Part shown: positions 18,812 through 30,847 of the stretch, in pieces
Numbering within the stretch: position 1 is the stretch's first letter
How the letters are laid out: each line of letters opens with the position of its first letter
Assembly: GCA_964394425.1 (NCBI GenBank)
Contig: CAYMXP010000005.1
Span: forward strand, 24,034 to 88,033
Length of the DNA stretch: 64,000 nt
DNA from: an uncultured Chryseobacterium sp.
GTDB taxonomy: Bacteria > Bacteroidota > Bacteroidia > Flavobacteriales_F > PHOS-HE28
Direction of reading: 5' to 3'
The notes under the pieces: model-generated
Databases searched by the model: none
Told to the model about the DNA's origin: nothing
The model's input: the letters and a program-made list of their open reading frames with translations, nothing else
Made by a program: the position numbers and the translations under genes

Positions 18812-19368
18812 ACATCGCCCCGGTCGCATACCGCTACGCCCAGAGCCTGTTCCAGCTCGCCGATGAGCAGGGCGCGCTCGAAGGCACGCAGGCGGACATG
18901 CACCTGGTGGAGCGCACCTGCCGGAAGGAACGCGACCTGCGCCTGCTGCTGAAAAGCCCGGTGATCAAGCCCGACAAGAAGAGCCATGTGCTGGAGCAGG
19001 TCTTCGCGGGCCGCATCGGGCAGATCACCGCGCGCTTCATCGCCCTGATGGTCCGCAAAGGCCGCGAGGTCATGCTTCCGCAAGTGGCGGCCGCCTTCGG
19101 CGAACTGTACGACCGCCAGCAGGGCATCATCAAGGGCGAGGTGATCAGCGCGGCTCCCCTTGGGGAGGGCACGCGCGAGCGCATCACGCGCCTGATGGAG
19201 TCGCGCAACCCGGGCAAGACCGTCACCCTGACGGAGAAGATCGATCCGGCCCTGATCGGCGGCGTGGTGGTGCGCGTGGGCGACCTGCAATACGACGGCA
19301 GCGTGGCGCGCCGCCTGCACGACCTGCGGAGGAAATTCCGCGAGAACCCTTACATCCCGAAGTTCTAA
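18808..19368 (+). CDS. atpH: F0F1 ATP synthase subunit delta
   Basis: This is the C-terminal part of track ORF 17857-19368, starting MNIAPVAYRYAQSLFQLADEQG with an ATGA overlap on the atpF stop. It carries the OSCP-like ending IGGVVVRVGDLQYDGSV. Confidence 0.85.
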   Translation: MNIAPVAYRYAQSLFQLADEQGALEGTQADMHLVERTCRKERDLRLLLKSPVIKPDKKSHVLEQVFAGRIGQITARFIALMVRKGREVMLPQVAAAFGELYDRQQGIIKGEVISAAPLGEGTRERITRLMESRNPGKTVTLTEKIDPALIGGVVVRVGDLQYDGSVARRLHDLRRKFRENPYIPKF

Positions 19369-19407
19369 CGCACGAACAACGCCCACGCCGGGCCACGGCG
19401 TTCACGC

Positions 19408-20988
<1,581 letters not shown>

Positions 20989-20991
20989 GGC

Positions 20992-21864
20992 ATGGCCAGC
21001 CTCAAGGAAGTCCGCGTCCGCATCGGCTCGGTGAACAGCACCAAGCAGATCACCGCCGCCATGAAAATGGTGAGCGCCGCGAAGCTGCGACGCGCGCAGG
21101 ACGCGATCATCCGCATGCGGCCCTACGCGCAGAAGCTGCAGGCGGTCCTGGGCAGCGTGAGCGCGTCGCTCGGCGCGGGCGAGGGCGCGTTCAGCAAGCC
21201 GCGCGAAGTGAAGCGCGTGCTGCTGGTGGCCATCGCCAGCAACCGCGGGCTGGCCGGCGCCTTCAACGCGCAGGTGGTGCGCTCGGTGAAGCGGCTGGCC
21301 GGTGAACACGCCGGCGCGGAGGTGAAGGTGCTGGCCATCGGCAAGAAGATGAGCGATGCGTTCAAGCGCACCTCCTGGCATGCTTCGGAACTGCCCGAGA
21401 ACCTGGCCGCGCTCTTCGATGGGCTCAGCTTCGACAAGGTCGCGCCGGTGGCCGCGATGATCATGGAGAAATACGCAGCCGGCGACTACGACAAGGTCGT
21501 GCTGGTCTACAACCGCTTCAAGAACGCCGCCACGCAGATCCTCACCGAGGAGGCCTTCCTGCCGGTGCCCCCTCCCGGGAATGGCACGGCGAAGGCCGCC
21601 GCCGTCGACCACATCATGGAGCCTTCGCGGGAGGTGATCGTGGAACAGATCATTCCCAAGAGCCTCAAGGTCCAGCTGTACAAGGCGCTGCTGGACAGCC
21701 AGGCCGCCGAGCACGGCGCGCGCATGACCGCCATGCACAAGGCCACCGACAATGCCGACGCGCTGCTCAAGGACCTGAAGCTTTCCTACAACAAAGCCAG
21801 GCAGGCGGCGATCACCGGCGAGATCCTGGAGATCGTGGGAGGGGCGGAGGCGCTGAAGGGGTAG
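20992..21864 (+). CDS. atpG: F0F1 ATP synthase subunit gamma
   Basis: Starts MASLKEVRVRIGSVNSTKQITAAMKMVSAAKLRRAQ and ends ...ITGEILEIVGGAEAL, both canonical for gamma. Confidence 0.95.
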   Translation: MASLKEVRVRIGSVNSTKQITAAMKMVSAAKLRRAQDAIIRMRPYAQKLQAVLGSVSASLGAGEGAFSKPREVKRVLLVAIASNRGLAGAFNAQVVRSVKRLAGEHAGAEVKVLAIGKKMSDAFKRTSWHASELPENLAALFDGLSFDKVAPVAAMIMEKYAAGDYDKVVLVYNRFKNAATQILTEEAFLPVPPPGNGTAKAAAVDHIMEPSREVIVEQIIPKSLKVQLYKALLDSQAAEHGARMTAMHKATDNADALLKDLKLSYNKARQAAITGEILEIVGGAEALKG

Positions 21865-21976
21865 GTCCTTTTTCATCCCATCGCTGAACCGGCTTGGGGC
21901 GGGCGGTGCCCGCTACCTTGGCGCGCGCCTTGCGCACGCCTGGTCCGTGCGCCCATGCAACGCCTGGCTGCACACC

Positions 21977-24900
21977 ATGCGGCGCCCGATCCCGCTCATC
22001 CTGGCCTCCGCACTCGCCTGTGCGGGGCTGGCCACCGCGATCCGCGGACCCGACGACGATCGTCTGCTGGAACGGGAGGCCGAACGCATGCAGCAGCGCA
22101 TGAACGAGCGCGTAGCGGCGTTTCGCGCGAATGCGGAGCCGGAGGATCCGGATGTGGCCAGCTGGACCTGGCACCGCGACAGCCTGGTGCAATGGACGGC
22201 GAACTGGCCGGCGAACGAAGACAGCCTGCATGACCGCGGGAAGGCCCATCTGGTCCTGCCCGATGGGATCGTGCTGCATGTGCTGGGCGGGCCGGACCAT
22301 GGAACGCACTGGCTCATCCGCGTCTGGCGCTCCTACCCCTTCAACAATCCCTACCTCCGGTCCTCGTTCGCAGGCTGGCTGAACGCGCCGAAGGGCTTGA
22401 AGGCCGAGACCGGTCCCGGTCTGGGTCCGGTGGTGCGCGATGCCCGGGGAGCGGTGATGTTCCGCCTGGCCTGGCGCGATGGGGAACGCCCGATCACCAC
22501 CCCGGAGATCCTGAGCGCGTTGTTGCTGCTGGCCGCCTTTGTCCTGCTGGTGATCTCCGCCTGGTCCGTCAGCGGCCTCGTCGCGCAGCGCTGGGGAGCC
22601 TGGCCCGCGGTGGTGGCCGGCACGGGGCTGATCATCGCGATCCGCTGGGCCGGTCTGGCCGCTTATCCCATCGCGCCGTTCGACCGCATGCCGCTGTTCG
22701 GGCCCGAGCTGTATGCGGCCGCATCCTGGCAGCCTTCGCTCGGCGATCTGCTGGTGAACGCGTTGCTGTGGCTCGTGATCGCGCGCATCGCGCACCTGCG
22801 TCTGCGCCGATACGAAGTGACGGCCGACCTCGGGGGTGCGGCGATCGCTTTCGCCCTCACCGGCATGGTGCTCGGGTCGGGAGCCTGGGTCACCGAAGCC
22901 TTCGTGGGGCTGGTGCAGGATAGCAGCGTGGACCTTGACCTCTTCGACCTGCAGGACCTGGGCATATACAGCGTGATCGCGCTGGTTTGCGTGGCGTTGC
23001 TCGTCGCGGGCTGGCTGCTGATCGCCGATGCGCTCGTTCGTCCGTTCGCCGGCGTGATCCGATCGTGGCCGGTGGCCATCGCCGTGCTGCTGGCCATCGC
23101 GGCATCCATCGCATTGCATGACCATTGGGGCGTGGTGGACCTGGCGCTGGTGCTCTGGCCGCTGCCGCTGCTGGCCCTGGCGATCGCCAGGCGCGGGAGG
23201 TACGGCCTGTCCCATGCGCTGTTCACCCTTCTCGTGATCGCCCTGCTCGGCGCGCACGTGCTGCTCAAGCACGACCGGCGGCGCGAGCACCGCGACCGGC
23301 TCGCGCTGGCCGAACGCCTGCTCACCGAAAGGGATCCGGTGGTGGAGCTGCTGTTCCGCCAGACGGCCCCGCGCCTGCGCCACGATGCGGCCGTTTACGC
23401 ACTGCTACGCGACACCCTGTGCGACCCCGCGCAGCTCGATGCCCGCATCCGCCAGCCCTACTTCACCGGCTACTGGGAGCGCTACGACGTGCGCCTGCAT
23501 GTGTTCGGCGCCGATGGGTCGCTGCGTTGCGCCACTTCGCCGGACCCGCCGCGTTCGCTTTCCGCCGCGGAAGGGTTCACGCGCACCCTGGCCGTGGCCG
23601 ACATGCCGGAGCTATACATCGATGCCGCGCCGGGCGAGCGCCCGTTCTACCACGCGCGGGTGGCCGTGATGGCCAGCGACACTTCGCCGCCGGCACAGCT
23701 GCTCGTGGAACTGCATCCACGCATCGCACCCGAAGGGCAGGGGTTCCCCGAATTGCTCCTCAACGATCCGGAGGGGATCGGCCGCCGCATGGGCCGCTAT
23801 GCCTTCGCGCGATACGGCGAAGGGCGGTTGATGGAACACCGCGGATTCGCCTTCCCACTGCGCTGGTCCCTGGATCCCGATGAAGACCACGTGGCGGAAA
23901 TGGAACTGGACGGCTGGGACCTGCTGGCCTTCGGCGAACCGTCCGGCTCGCTCGTGGTGCTGGGCACCCCGTCGCTCACCCTGTTGCAGCGCGTCACCAC
24001 CTTCAGCTGGCTCTTCGCCTTTTTCGGACTGGTGCTCGCCGCATTCATCGGGCTGCGCGAAGTGCTGCGCGCGCGCGGGCTGCCGCCCCTGGGCATCGGC
24101 GGAAAGGTGCGCCTCGCTCTGCTGGTGTTCGCCGGGTTGATGCTGGTGTTCTTCGGCCTCGGCTCGCAGCGTTCGCTCGCGCGGTTGTACACCGCGCGCA
24201 ACGACGCCGCGCTGCTGGAGAAAACGCGCTCCATCCTCGTGGAGCTTCGCGGCAAGCTGGAGGGCGTCGAACGGCTGGTGCCGGCACGAGCCGACTACCT
24301 CGCGCACCTGCTCTCGAAATTCAGCAACATCTTCTTCACCGACATCAACGTCTACGGCCCCGACGGGCGGTTGCTGGCCACCTCGCGCCCGCAGGTGTTC
24401 GACGCCGGCCTGCTGGGCCGGCGGATGGATCCGGTCGCTTTCCACCGGCTGGCCGTCGACGGCCGAACGGAGTTCCTGCAGGTGGAAGCGATCGGCGGAG
24501 CGCGCTACCGCTCGGCCTACATGCCCCTGCGCAACAAGCAGGGCGGCCTGCTGGCCTACGTGAACCTGCCTTCCTTCGCCCGCCAGGGCGAACTCGACCA
24601 GGAACGCGGCACGCTGGTCACCGCCATCGTGAACCTCTTCGTGCTGCTGCTGGCGCTCTCGCTGCTGGCCGGCGTGTTCATCAGCAGCTGGACCACGCAA
24701 CCCCTTGAATTGCTCAAGCGCGGCCTCGGCCGCATCGCGCTCACCGGCGCCAACGAGCCGATCGCCTATGCCGGTCGCGATGAGGTGGGGGAACTGGTGC
24801 GGGTGTACAACCGCAAGGTGGAGGAGTTGCGCGAAAGCGCCGAACGCCTCGCGCGCAGCGAGCGGGAGAGCGCCTGGAAGGAAATGGCCCGGCAGGTGGC

Positions 24901-25528
24901 GCACGAGATCAAGAACCCGCTCACGCCGATGAAGCTCAGCATCCAGCACTTCCAGCGCACGTGGACGCCGGAGGGACCCGGGGCCACCGAGAAGCTGCGC
25001 AGCTTCGGTGAAAGCCTCGTGCAGCAGATCGATGCGCTCAGCCGGATCGCGGGGGAGTTCTCCGCCTTCGCCCAGATGCCCGCCGCACAGGAGCGGGTGT
25101 TCGACCTGCGCGAGGTCGCGGAAGCCGGCATCGCGCTGTTCAAAGGGGAGGCGAACGCCGTGGTCGTGCTGGACGCTCCGTCGCCGATGCCGGTGAAGGC
25201 CGACCGCGACCAGTTGCTGCGCGCGCTGAACAACCTGCTGAAGAACGCGGTCCAGTCGATCCCTGAAGGACGTCCGGGAAGGATCGAGGTGGGCATCCGC
25301 CGCGAAGGCGGCATGGTGGTGCTCCACGTGAGCGACAACGGCGAAGGCATCGCACCCGACGCGCGTGAGCGGATCTTCACCCCCAGCTTCACCACCAAGT
25401 CCAGCGGCATGGGCCTGGGCCTTGCCATGGTGAAGCGCATCGTGGAACAGGCATCCGGTCGGGTGTGGTTCGGATCGGAGGTCGGTCGCGGCAGCACCTT
25501 CTTCATCGAACTGCCGCTGCACCCGTAG
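21977..25528 (+). CDS. large multi-TM sensor histidine kinase (NtrY-like C-terminal half), no adjacent response regulator
   Basis: ATG at 21977. The N-terminal ~640 aa have a signal/TM segment, an extracytoplasmic segment and about 8 TM helices. A second extracytoplasmic segment follows (INVYGPDGRLLATSRPQVFDAGL), then TM plus HAMP, the H-box VAHEIKNPLTPM, and the HATPase boxes NLLKNAVQS, DNGEGI and GMGLGLAMV. Confidence 0.85.
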   Translation: MRRPIPLILASALACAGLATAIRGPDDDRLLEREAERMQQRMNERVAAFRANAEPEDPDVASWTWHRDSLVQWTANWPANEDSLHDRGKAHLVLPDGIVLHVLGGPDHGTHWLIRVWRSYPFNNPYLRSSFAGWLNAPKGLKAETGPGLGPVVRDARGAVMFRLAWRDGERPITTPEILSALLLLAAFVLLVISAWSVSGLVAQRWGAWPAVVAGTGLIIAIRWAGLAAYPIAPFDRMPLFGPELYAAASWQPSLGDLLVNALLWLVIARIAHLRLRRYEVTADLGGAAIAFALTGMVLGSGAWVTEAFVGLVQDSSVDLDLFDLQDLGIYSVIALVCVALLVAGWLLIADALVRPFAGVIRSWPVAIAVLLAIAASIALHDHWGVVDLALVLWPLPLLALAIARRGRYGLSHALFTLLVIALLGAHVLLKHDRRREHRDRLALAERLLTERDPVVELLFRQTAPRLRHDAAVYALLRDTLCDPAQLDARIRQPYFTGYWERYDVRLHVFGADGSLRCATSPDPPRSLSAAEGFTRTLAVADMPELYIDAAPGERPFYHARVAVMASDTSPPAQLLVELHPRIAPEGQGFPELLLNDPEGIGRRMGRYAFARYGEGRLMEHRGFAFPLRWSLDPDEDHVAEMELDGWDLLAFGEPSGSLVVLGTPSLTLLQRVTTFSWLFAFFGLVLAAFIGLREVLRARGLPPLGIGGKVRLALLVFAGLMLVFFGLGSQRSLARLYTARNDAALLEKTRSILVELRGKLEGVERLVPARADYLAHLLSKFSNIFFTDINVYGPDGRLLATSRPQVFDAGLLGRRMDPVAFHRLAVDGRTEFLQVEAIGGARYRSAYMPLRNKQGGLLAYVNLPSFARQGELDQERGTLVTAIVNLFVLLLALSLLAGVFISSWTTQPLELLKRGLGRIALTGANEPIAYAGRDEVGELVRVYNRKVEELRESAERLARSERESAWKEMARQVAHEIKNPLTPMKLSIQHFQRTWTPEGPGATEKLRSFGESLVQQIDALSRIAGEFSAFAQMPAAQERVFDLREVAEAGIALFKGEANAVVVLDAPSPMPVKADRDQLLRALNNLLKNAVQSIPEGRPGRIEVGIRREGGMVVLHVSDNGEGIAPDARERIFTPSFTTKSSGMGLGLAMVKRIVEQASGRVWFGSEVGRGSTFFIELPLHP

Positions 25529-25533
25529 CCGGA

Positions 25534-25541
25534 TACCTTTG
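25534..25541 (+). promoter_or_regulatory. Bacteroidota-type -7 promoter box (TACCTTTG)
   Basis: Perfect match to TAnnTTTG, 20 nt upstream of the enoyl-CoA hydratase ATG. Confidence 0.4.
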
Positions 25542-25561
25542 TTCGCGGCCATCGACCCCAC

Positions 25562-26344
25562 ATGCCCCACACCAATCTCTTGATCGAAGACCGCGGCGGC
25601 ATCCGCACGATCACCATCAATCGACCCGACCAGCTCAACGCACTTGACCGTACGACCATCGACGAACTGGACGGCGCGCTGAACGAGGCCGGTGCCGACG
25701 GGAGCGTGCGCGTGCTCATCCTCACCGGCGCCGGGTCGAAGGCCTTCGTGGCGGGGGCCGACATCAAGGAGTTCGCGCATTTCAGCGTGGACGAGGGCAG
25801 GGCGCTCAGCGCCGACGGCCAGCAGCGGCTCTTCGACCACGTGGAACGCATGAACAAACCGGTGATCGCGGCGGTGAACGGCTTCGCGCTGGGCGGAGGG
25901 TTGGAACTGGCCATGAGCTGCCACATCCGCGTGGCGAGCGACAACGCCCGCATGGGTCTGCCGGAAGTCTCGCTCGGAGTGATCCCCGGCTATGGCGGAA
26001 CGCAGCGCCTGCCGCGCCTGGTGGGCAAGGGCAAGGCCATGGAAATGATCTTCACCGCGGGCATGCTCAAGGCCGATGAGGCCCTGCAATGGGGATTGGT
26101 GAACCACGTGGTGCCACAGGACCAGTTGCCCGCGAAATGCAATGAGATCGCCGCGGCCATCATGAAGAACTCCCCCGCCGCCCTGGCCGCCGCCATCCGC
26201 GCGGTGAACGCCGGCCATGAGCACGGCGTGAACGGCATGCAGCGCGAGATCGAAGAGTTCGGCAGGTGCTTCGGCACGGCCGACTTCAAGGAGGGCACCA
26301 GCGCGTTCATGGAGAAGCGCAGGCCGAACTTCACGGGAGCATGA
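25562..26344 (+). CDS. enoyl-CoA hydratase/isomerase (crotonase family)
   Basis: Contains IRTITINRPDQLNAL...LTGAGSKAFVAGADIKE...AAVNGFALGGGLELAMSCHIRVAS, the crotonase fold signature. Confidence 0.9.
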   Translation: MPHTNLLIEDRGGIRTITINRPDQLNALDRTTIDELDGALNEAGADGSVRVLILTGAGSKAFVAGADIKEFAHFSVDEGRALSADGQQRLFDHVERMNKPVIAAVNGFALGGGLELAMSCHIRVASDNARMGLPEVSLGVIPGYGGTQRLPRLVGKGKAMEMIFTAGMLKADEALQWGLVNHVVPQDQLPAKCNEIAAAIMKNSPAALAAAIRAVNAGHEHGVNGMQREIEEFGRCFGTADFKEGTSAFMEKRRPNFTGA

Positions 26345-26452
26345 TCCGGAGAGGAGCGCATCGTGCCGTGTTCGCGCCTTCTTTGTCCCCCCTGCCATGG
26401 GTTCCCGCATTCATCCGCCTGAACCGCGACATCCGCGGATGAGCACATCGCA

Positions 26453-27898
26453 TTGAGCGCCCTCCGCAACCTCGCCGGCCAGACGGCCATCTACGGGCTG
26501 AGCAGCATCGTCGCGCGCTTCCTGAACTTCCTGCTCACCCCGCTGTACACCAGCAGGGGCGTGTTCCCGCCGGAGGAATACGGCGTGATCACCTCGTTCT
26601 ACGCGTGGGCGGCCTTCCTCACCGTGCTGCTCACCTTCGGCATGGAGACCACCTACTTCCGATTCGCCAACCGCAAGGAGGTGGACGCCAGGCGCGCGTA
26701 CGGGACGGCGTTCTTTGCCGTGGCGCTCATCGCCGTGCCCTTCATGCTGGCGGGCCTGCTGCTGAACGGACCCATCGCGGCGGCCATGCGCTACCCGGAG
26801 CACGGCCGGCTGGTGTGGATGCTCGCCCTGGCCCTGGGCCTCGACGCCCTGACGGCCGTGCCCATGGCGCGGCTGAGGCAGGAGGGCAGGGCGTGGCGCT
26901 TCGTGGCGGTGAACATGGTCAACATCGGCGTCACCGTGGCTCTGAGCCTCTGGTTCTTCGCCTACCGCAAGCCGCTGGACCCGGGCATCGGCGTGGGCCA
27001 CGTGTTCCTGATCAACCTCGTCGCCAGCGCGGTGAAGTGCCTGCTGCTGGTGCCGGCGTGGCCGCGCCCCGCACAGTTCGACCGGACGCTGCTCGCACCC
27101 ATGCGCGCCTTCGCCTGGCCGCTGGCCATCGCGGGGCTGGCCGGCATGGTGAACGAGACCGCCGACCGCGCGGTGATGAAGTTCCTGCTTCCGGAGGGCA
27201 TCGCCGACGCGCAGCTCGGCATCTATGGTGCGTGCTACAAGCTGGCGGTGTTGATCACGCTGTTCATCCAGGCCTTCCGCCTGGGTGCCGAGCCTTTCTT
27301 CTTCAGCCATGCGAAGGAGCAGGACAGCAAGGAGACGTTCGCGCGCATCATGAACGTGTTCGTGGCCGTGTGCATGGCCGCGTTCCTCGGCGTGATGCTC
27401 TTCATCGACCTGTTCAAGTGGTTCATCCCCAACCCCGCCTACCACGTGGGGCTGCGCGTGGTGCCGGTCCTGATGCTGGCCAATGTGTTCCTGGGCATCT
27501 ATTACAACCAGAGCGTGTGGTACAAGCTCACCGACCGGACGCGCGCCGGAGGCATCATCGCCCTGATCGGCGCGGCGATCACGCTCGTGCTGCTCTTCGC
27601 CCTGGTCCCGCGCATGGGTTACATGGGCGCGGCCTGGGCCACCTTCGTCTGTTACGCGACCATGGCGGCGATCAGCCATGCGTGGGGGCGCGCGCACTAT
27701 CCCGTACCCTACAACGTCACGCGGGTCATGCTGTACATGGCGGGAGCCGTGCTGTCGTGGTGGATCAGCACGCGGCTGCCGGTGGAGGGCGCCGCGCGTT
27801 ACGCATTGAACGCCGGCCTGTTCGCGCTGTTCGTCGTGGTGGCGTGGAGGGTGGAGGCCGCCGATGTGCGAGCGATCAGGACCCCCGCGCGGGGTTGA
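26453..27898 (+). CDS. MOP-superfamily oligosaccharide/polysaccharide flippase (Wzx-like)
   Basis: 481 aa with about 12-14 TM helices. The N-terminus LAGQTAIYGLSSIVARFLNFLLTPLYT is typical of Bacteroidota flippase-family proteins. The start is a TTG and is uncertain. Confidence 0.75.
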   Translation: MSALRNLAGQTAIYGLSSIVARFLNFLLTPLYTSRGVFPPEEYGVITSFYAWAAFLTVLLTFGMETTYFRFANRKEVDARRAYGTAFFAVALIAVPFMLAGLLLNGPIAAAMRYPEHGRLVWMLALALGLDALTAVPMARLRQEGRAWRFVAVNMVNIGVTVALSLWFFAYRKPLDPGIGVGHVFLINLVASAVKCLLLVPAWPRPAQFDRTLLAPMRAFAWPLAIAGLAGMVNETADRAVMKFLLPEGIADAQLGIYGACYKLAVLITLFIQAFRLGAEPFFFSHAKEQDSKETFARIMNVFVAVCMAAFLGVMLFIDLFKWFIPNPAYHVGLRVVPVLMLANVFLGIYYNQSVWYKLTDRTRAGGIIALIGAAITLVLLFALVPRMGYMGAAWATFVCYATMAAISHAWGRAHYPVPYNVTRVMLYMAGAVLSWWISTRLPVEGAARYALNAGLFALFVVVAWRVEAADVRAIRTPARG

Positions 27899-28504
27899 TC
27901 ACCCCGCCGCGGGGAACAGATAGGTGATGTTCCCCGCGAACAGCTTCATGCTGATGGCCAGCAGGATGATCCCAAAGGCCTTCTTGATCACGATCAATCC
28001 CACGCGGCCCAGCAACCGCTCGATGCGGTTCGTGAGGAAAAGCACCAGCATCACGGGGATCATGTTCAGCAGGATGGCGATGAGGATGTTGATGGCCTCA
28101 TACTCCGCGCGCAGGGAGAGGATCGCCGTGATGGTGCCCGCCCCGGCGATCACCGGAAAAGCGAGCGGCACGATGCTGTACACCTTGGGGTCGTCGCTGG
28201 GCAGGCCCGGCGCGCTCTGGTCCTCGCGAAAGAGGCGGATGCCCAGGATCATCTCCAGCGCGATGAAGAACAGCACCAACGAGCCGGCCACGGCGAAGGA
28301 GCGCACGTCGACCCCCACCACGTTGAGGATCTTCTCCCCTACATACAGGAACACCACCATGATGCCCAGGGACACCAGCGTGGCCCGCAGGGGGTAGATC
28401 TTGCCGGCTTTCTGCCGCACCTGCAGGATCATCGGGATCCCACCGATCACGTCGATCACGGCGAAAAGGATCAACGAAGCCTTGCCGATCTCCTGGAGGT
28501 CCAT
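27899..28504 (-). CDS. MarC-family (UPF0056) membrane protein
   Basis: ATG at 28504 (MDLQEIGKASLILFAVIDVIGGIPMIL...), a six-TM MarC pattern. Its stop directly abuts the flippase stop (TTGATCA). Confidence 0.85.
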   Translation of the reverse strand: MDLQEIGKASLILFAVIDVIGGIPMILQVRQKAGKIYPLRATLVSLGIMVVFLYVGEKILNVVGVDVRSFAVAGSLVLFFIALEMILGIRLFREDQSAPGLPSDDPKVYSIVPLAFPVIAGAGTITAILSLRAEYEAINILIAILLNMIPVMLVLFLTNRIERLLGRVGLIVIKKAFGIILLAISMKLFAGNITYLFPAAG

Positions 28505-28581
28505 GGTGCGAAGGTGGTGGAAGTGCGACGGGTCGGGCACGGGCGGGTGAGGGGGGCCGGGGGAGAGCGCGTTGAGCCCCC

Positions 28582-29199
28582 TCATCCCTTCGCGCTCCCA
28601 CGGTCCACCATCTCCTCGATCACCCGCGGATAATGTTCGTGTTCGAGCGCGTGGATGCGCGCGGCCAGCGTGGCGGGCGTGTCTCCGGCCAGTACCGGAC
28701 ATTTCGCCTGGAAGAGCACACGGCCTTCATCGTACCGTTCGTTCACCAGGTGGATGGTGATCCCGCTTTCCTTTTCCCCCGCCCTCAGGACGGCTTCATG
28801 CACCCGGTCGCCGTACATGCCCTTTCCGCCATGCTTCGGCAGGAGGGCGGGATGGATGTTCACGATGCGGCCGCCCCAGGTCCGGATCATCTCCGATGGG
28901 ACCAGACGCAGGAAGCCGGCCAGCACGACCAGGTCGATCCGCAGCCGCACCAGTTCGCGTTGCACGTCCCCGTTGGCCATTCCCTCCCTGTTGAACAGGT
29001 ACATGGGCACGCCCAGGTCCCAGGCGCGTTGGATGACGCCGGCCCCGGGGTTGTCGCAACCCACCAGCACCACCTCCGCCTTGGGGTGCGACCGGAAGTG
29101 CTCGATCAGCCGCTGGGCATTGGTGCCCGATCCCGAGGCGAGAACGGCGATGCGCGTCACGCCGCGAAGGTGGGAAAGGGCGCGGCTTGTCCCGATCAT
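28582..29199 (-). CDS. purN: phosphoribosylglycinamide formyltransferase
   Basis: This is the C-terminal 205 aa of track ORF 28582-30918, with [19 protein letters not shown]...[11 protein letters not shown]...[19 protein letters not shown]...[16 protein letters not shown]. An alternative GTG start lies at 29160. Confidence 0.85.
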   Translation of the reverse strand: MIGTSRALSHLRGVTRIAVLASGSGTNAQRLIEHFRSHPKAEVVLVGCDNPGAGVIQRAWDLGVPMYLFNREGMANGDVQRELVRLRIDLVVLAGFLRLVPSEMIRTWGGRIVNIHPALLPKHGGKGMYGDRVHEAVLRAGEKESGITIHLVNERYDEGRVLFQAKCPVLAGDTPATLAARIHALEHEHYPRVIEEMVDRGSAKG

Positions 29200-29341
29200 G
29201 GCGGGCACCTTCCCCAGGCCGCGGACCGGCGCCTGGCGGGTGGGACGGGCTGGTTCCCAGGGCCGTCGGGCTGGTCCGGCCGGCCTCACGGGGCCGGATC
29301 GGAAAAGTGCTTCCTTTGCAGCCTCACTAAAACGAACGGAC

Positions 29342-29578
29342 ATGTCGGACATCAAATCCAGGGTCATCGCGATCATCGTGGACAAGCTCGGGGTTGACCA
29401 GGGCGAGGTCACGCCGGAAGCGAGCTTCACCAACGACCTTGGCGCTGACAGCCTCGATACTGTCGAACTCATCATGGAGTTCGAGAAGGAATTCAACATC
29501 GCCATCCCTGACGACCAGGCCGAGAAGATCCAGACCGTCGGCCAAGCCATCGAGTACGTCGAAAAGAACGCCAAGTAA
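29342..29578 (+). CDS. acpP: acyl carrier protein
   Basis: 78 aa: [48 protein letters not shown], with the DSLD phosphopantetheine attachment site. Confidence 0.95.
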   Translation: MSDIKSRVIAIIVDKLGVDQGEVTPEASFTNDLGADSLDTVELIMEFEKEFNIAIPDDQAEKIQTVGQAIEYVEKNAK

Positions 29579-29592
29579 GTCCGGTCCTGCGC

Positions 29593-30843
29593 ATGCAGCT
29601 CAGACGCGTCGTCGTCACTGGTCTGGGCGCGCTCACACCGATCGGCAACACCCTCAAGGAGTATTGGGCGGGCCTGGTGGGCGGCCGCAGCGGCGCCGCG
29701 CCCATCACGCGCTTCGATGCCTCGAAGTTCAAGACGCGCTTCGCCTGCGAGGTGAAGGGCTTCAACGTGGAGAACTTCATCGAGCGCAAGGAGGCGCGCA
29801 AGATGGACCCCTACACGCAGTTCGCCGTGGTGGCCAGCGACGAAGCCATCAAGGATAGCGGGCTGAACATGGAGACGGTCGACAAGGACCGCGTGGGGGT
29901 GATCTGGGGCGGCGGCATCGGCGGCTTGAAGACCTTCCAGGACGAGTGCGTCGGCTTCTCCAAGGGCGACGGCACCCCGCGCTTCAATCCCTTCTTCATC
30001 CCCAAGATGATCGCCGACAGCGCCGCGGGGCTGGTGAGCATGCGGCACGGCCTGCGCGGCCCCAGCTATGTGACGGTGAGCGCCTGCGCCAGCAGCAACA
30101 ACGCCCTGATCGATGCCTTCAATTACGTGCGTCTGGGGACCTGCGACCTGGTGGTGGGCGGCGGCAGCGAAGCGGCCATCTACGAGGCGGGCGTGGGGGG
30201 GTTCAACGCCCTGCATGCCATGAGCACGCGCAACGACGACCCCTCCACCGCATCGCGGCCCTACGACAAGGACCGCGATGGTTTCGTGCTGGGCGAGGGC
30301 GGCGGGGCCATCATCCTGGAGGAACGCGACCGGGCGCTGGCACGCGGCGCACGCATCTACTGCGAACTGATCGGCGGCGGCATGAGCAGCGACGCCTACC
30401 ACATCACCGCACCGCACCCCGACGGCCTGGGCGCGTTCATGTGCATGAAAAACGCGCTGGCCGACGCCGGCATCGAGCCATCGGAGATCGACCACATCAA
30501 CACCCACGGCACCAGCACGCCCATCGGCGATCCGCAGGAGGTGAAGGCCATCCAGCGCCTCTTCGGCGACCACGCCTACGGCATCAACATCACCAGCACC
30601 AAGAGCATGACCGGCCACCTGCTGGGCGCGGCCGGGGCGATCGAGGCCATCGCCTCCATCCTGGCGGTGCATCACGACCTGGTGCCGCCCACCATCAACC
30701 ATTTCACGGACGATCCCGAGATCGACCCCAAGCTGAACTTCACCTTCAACAAGGCGCAGCAGCGGGTGGTGAACACCGCGCTGAGCAACACCTTCGGCTT
30801 CGGCGGTCACAACACCTCGGTGATCTTCCGCAAGCACCGCTGA
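29593..30843 (+). CDS. fabF: beta-ketoacyl-ACP synthase II
   Basis: 416 aa with the active-site context VSACASS plus HGTSTP and GFGGHN. Confidence 0.95.
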   Translation: MQLRRVVVTGLGALTPIGNTLKEYWAGLVGGRSGAAPITRFDASKFKTRFACEVKGFNVENFIERKEARKMDPYTQFAVVASDEAIKDSGLNMETVDKDRVGVIWGGGIGGLKTFQDECVGFSKGDGTPRFNPFFIPKMIADSAAGLVSMRHGLRGPSYVTVSACASSNNALIDAFNYVRLGTCDLVVGGGSEAAIYEAGVGGFNALHAMSTRNDDPSTASRPYDKDRDGFVLGEGGGAIILEERDRALARGARIYCELIGGGMSSDAYHITAPHPDGLGAFMCMKNALADAGIEPSEIDHINTHGTSTPIGDPQEVKAIQRLFGDHAYGINITSTKSMTGHLLGAAGAIEAIASILAVHHDLVPPTINHFTDDPEIDPKLNFTFNKAQQRVVNTALSNTFGFGGHNTSVIFRKHR

Positions 30844-30847
30844 CCGC

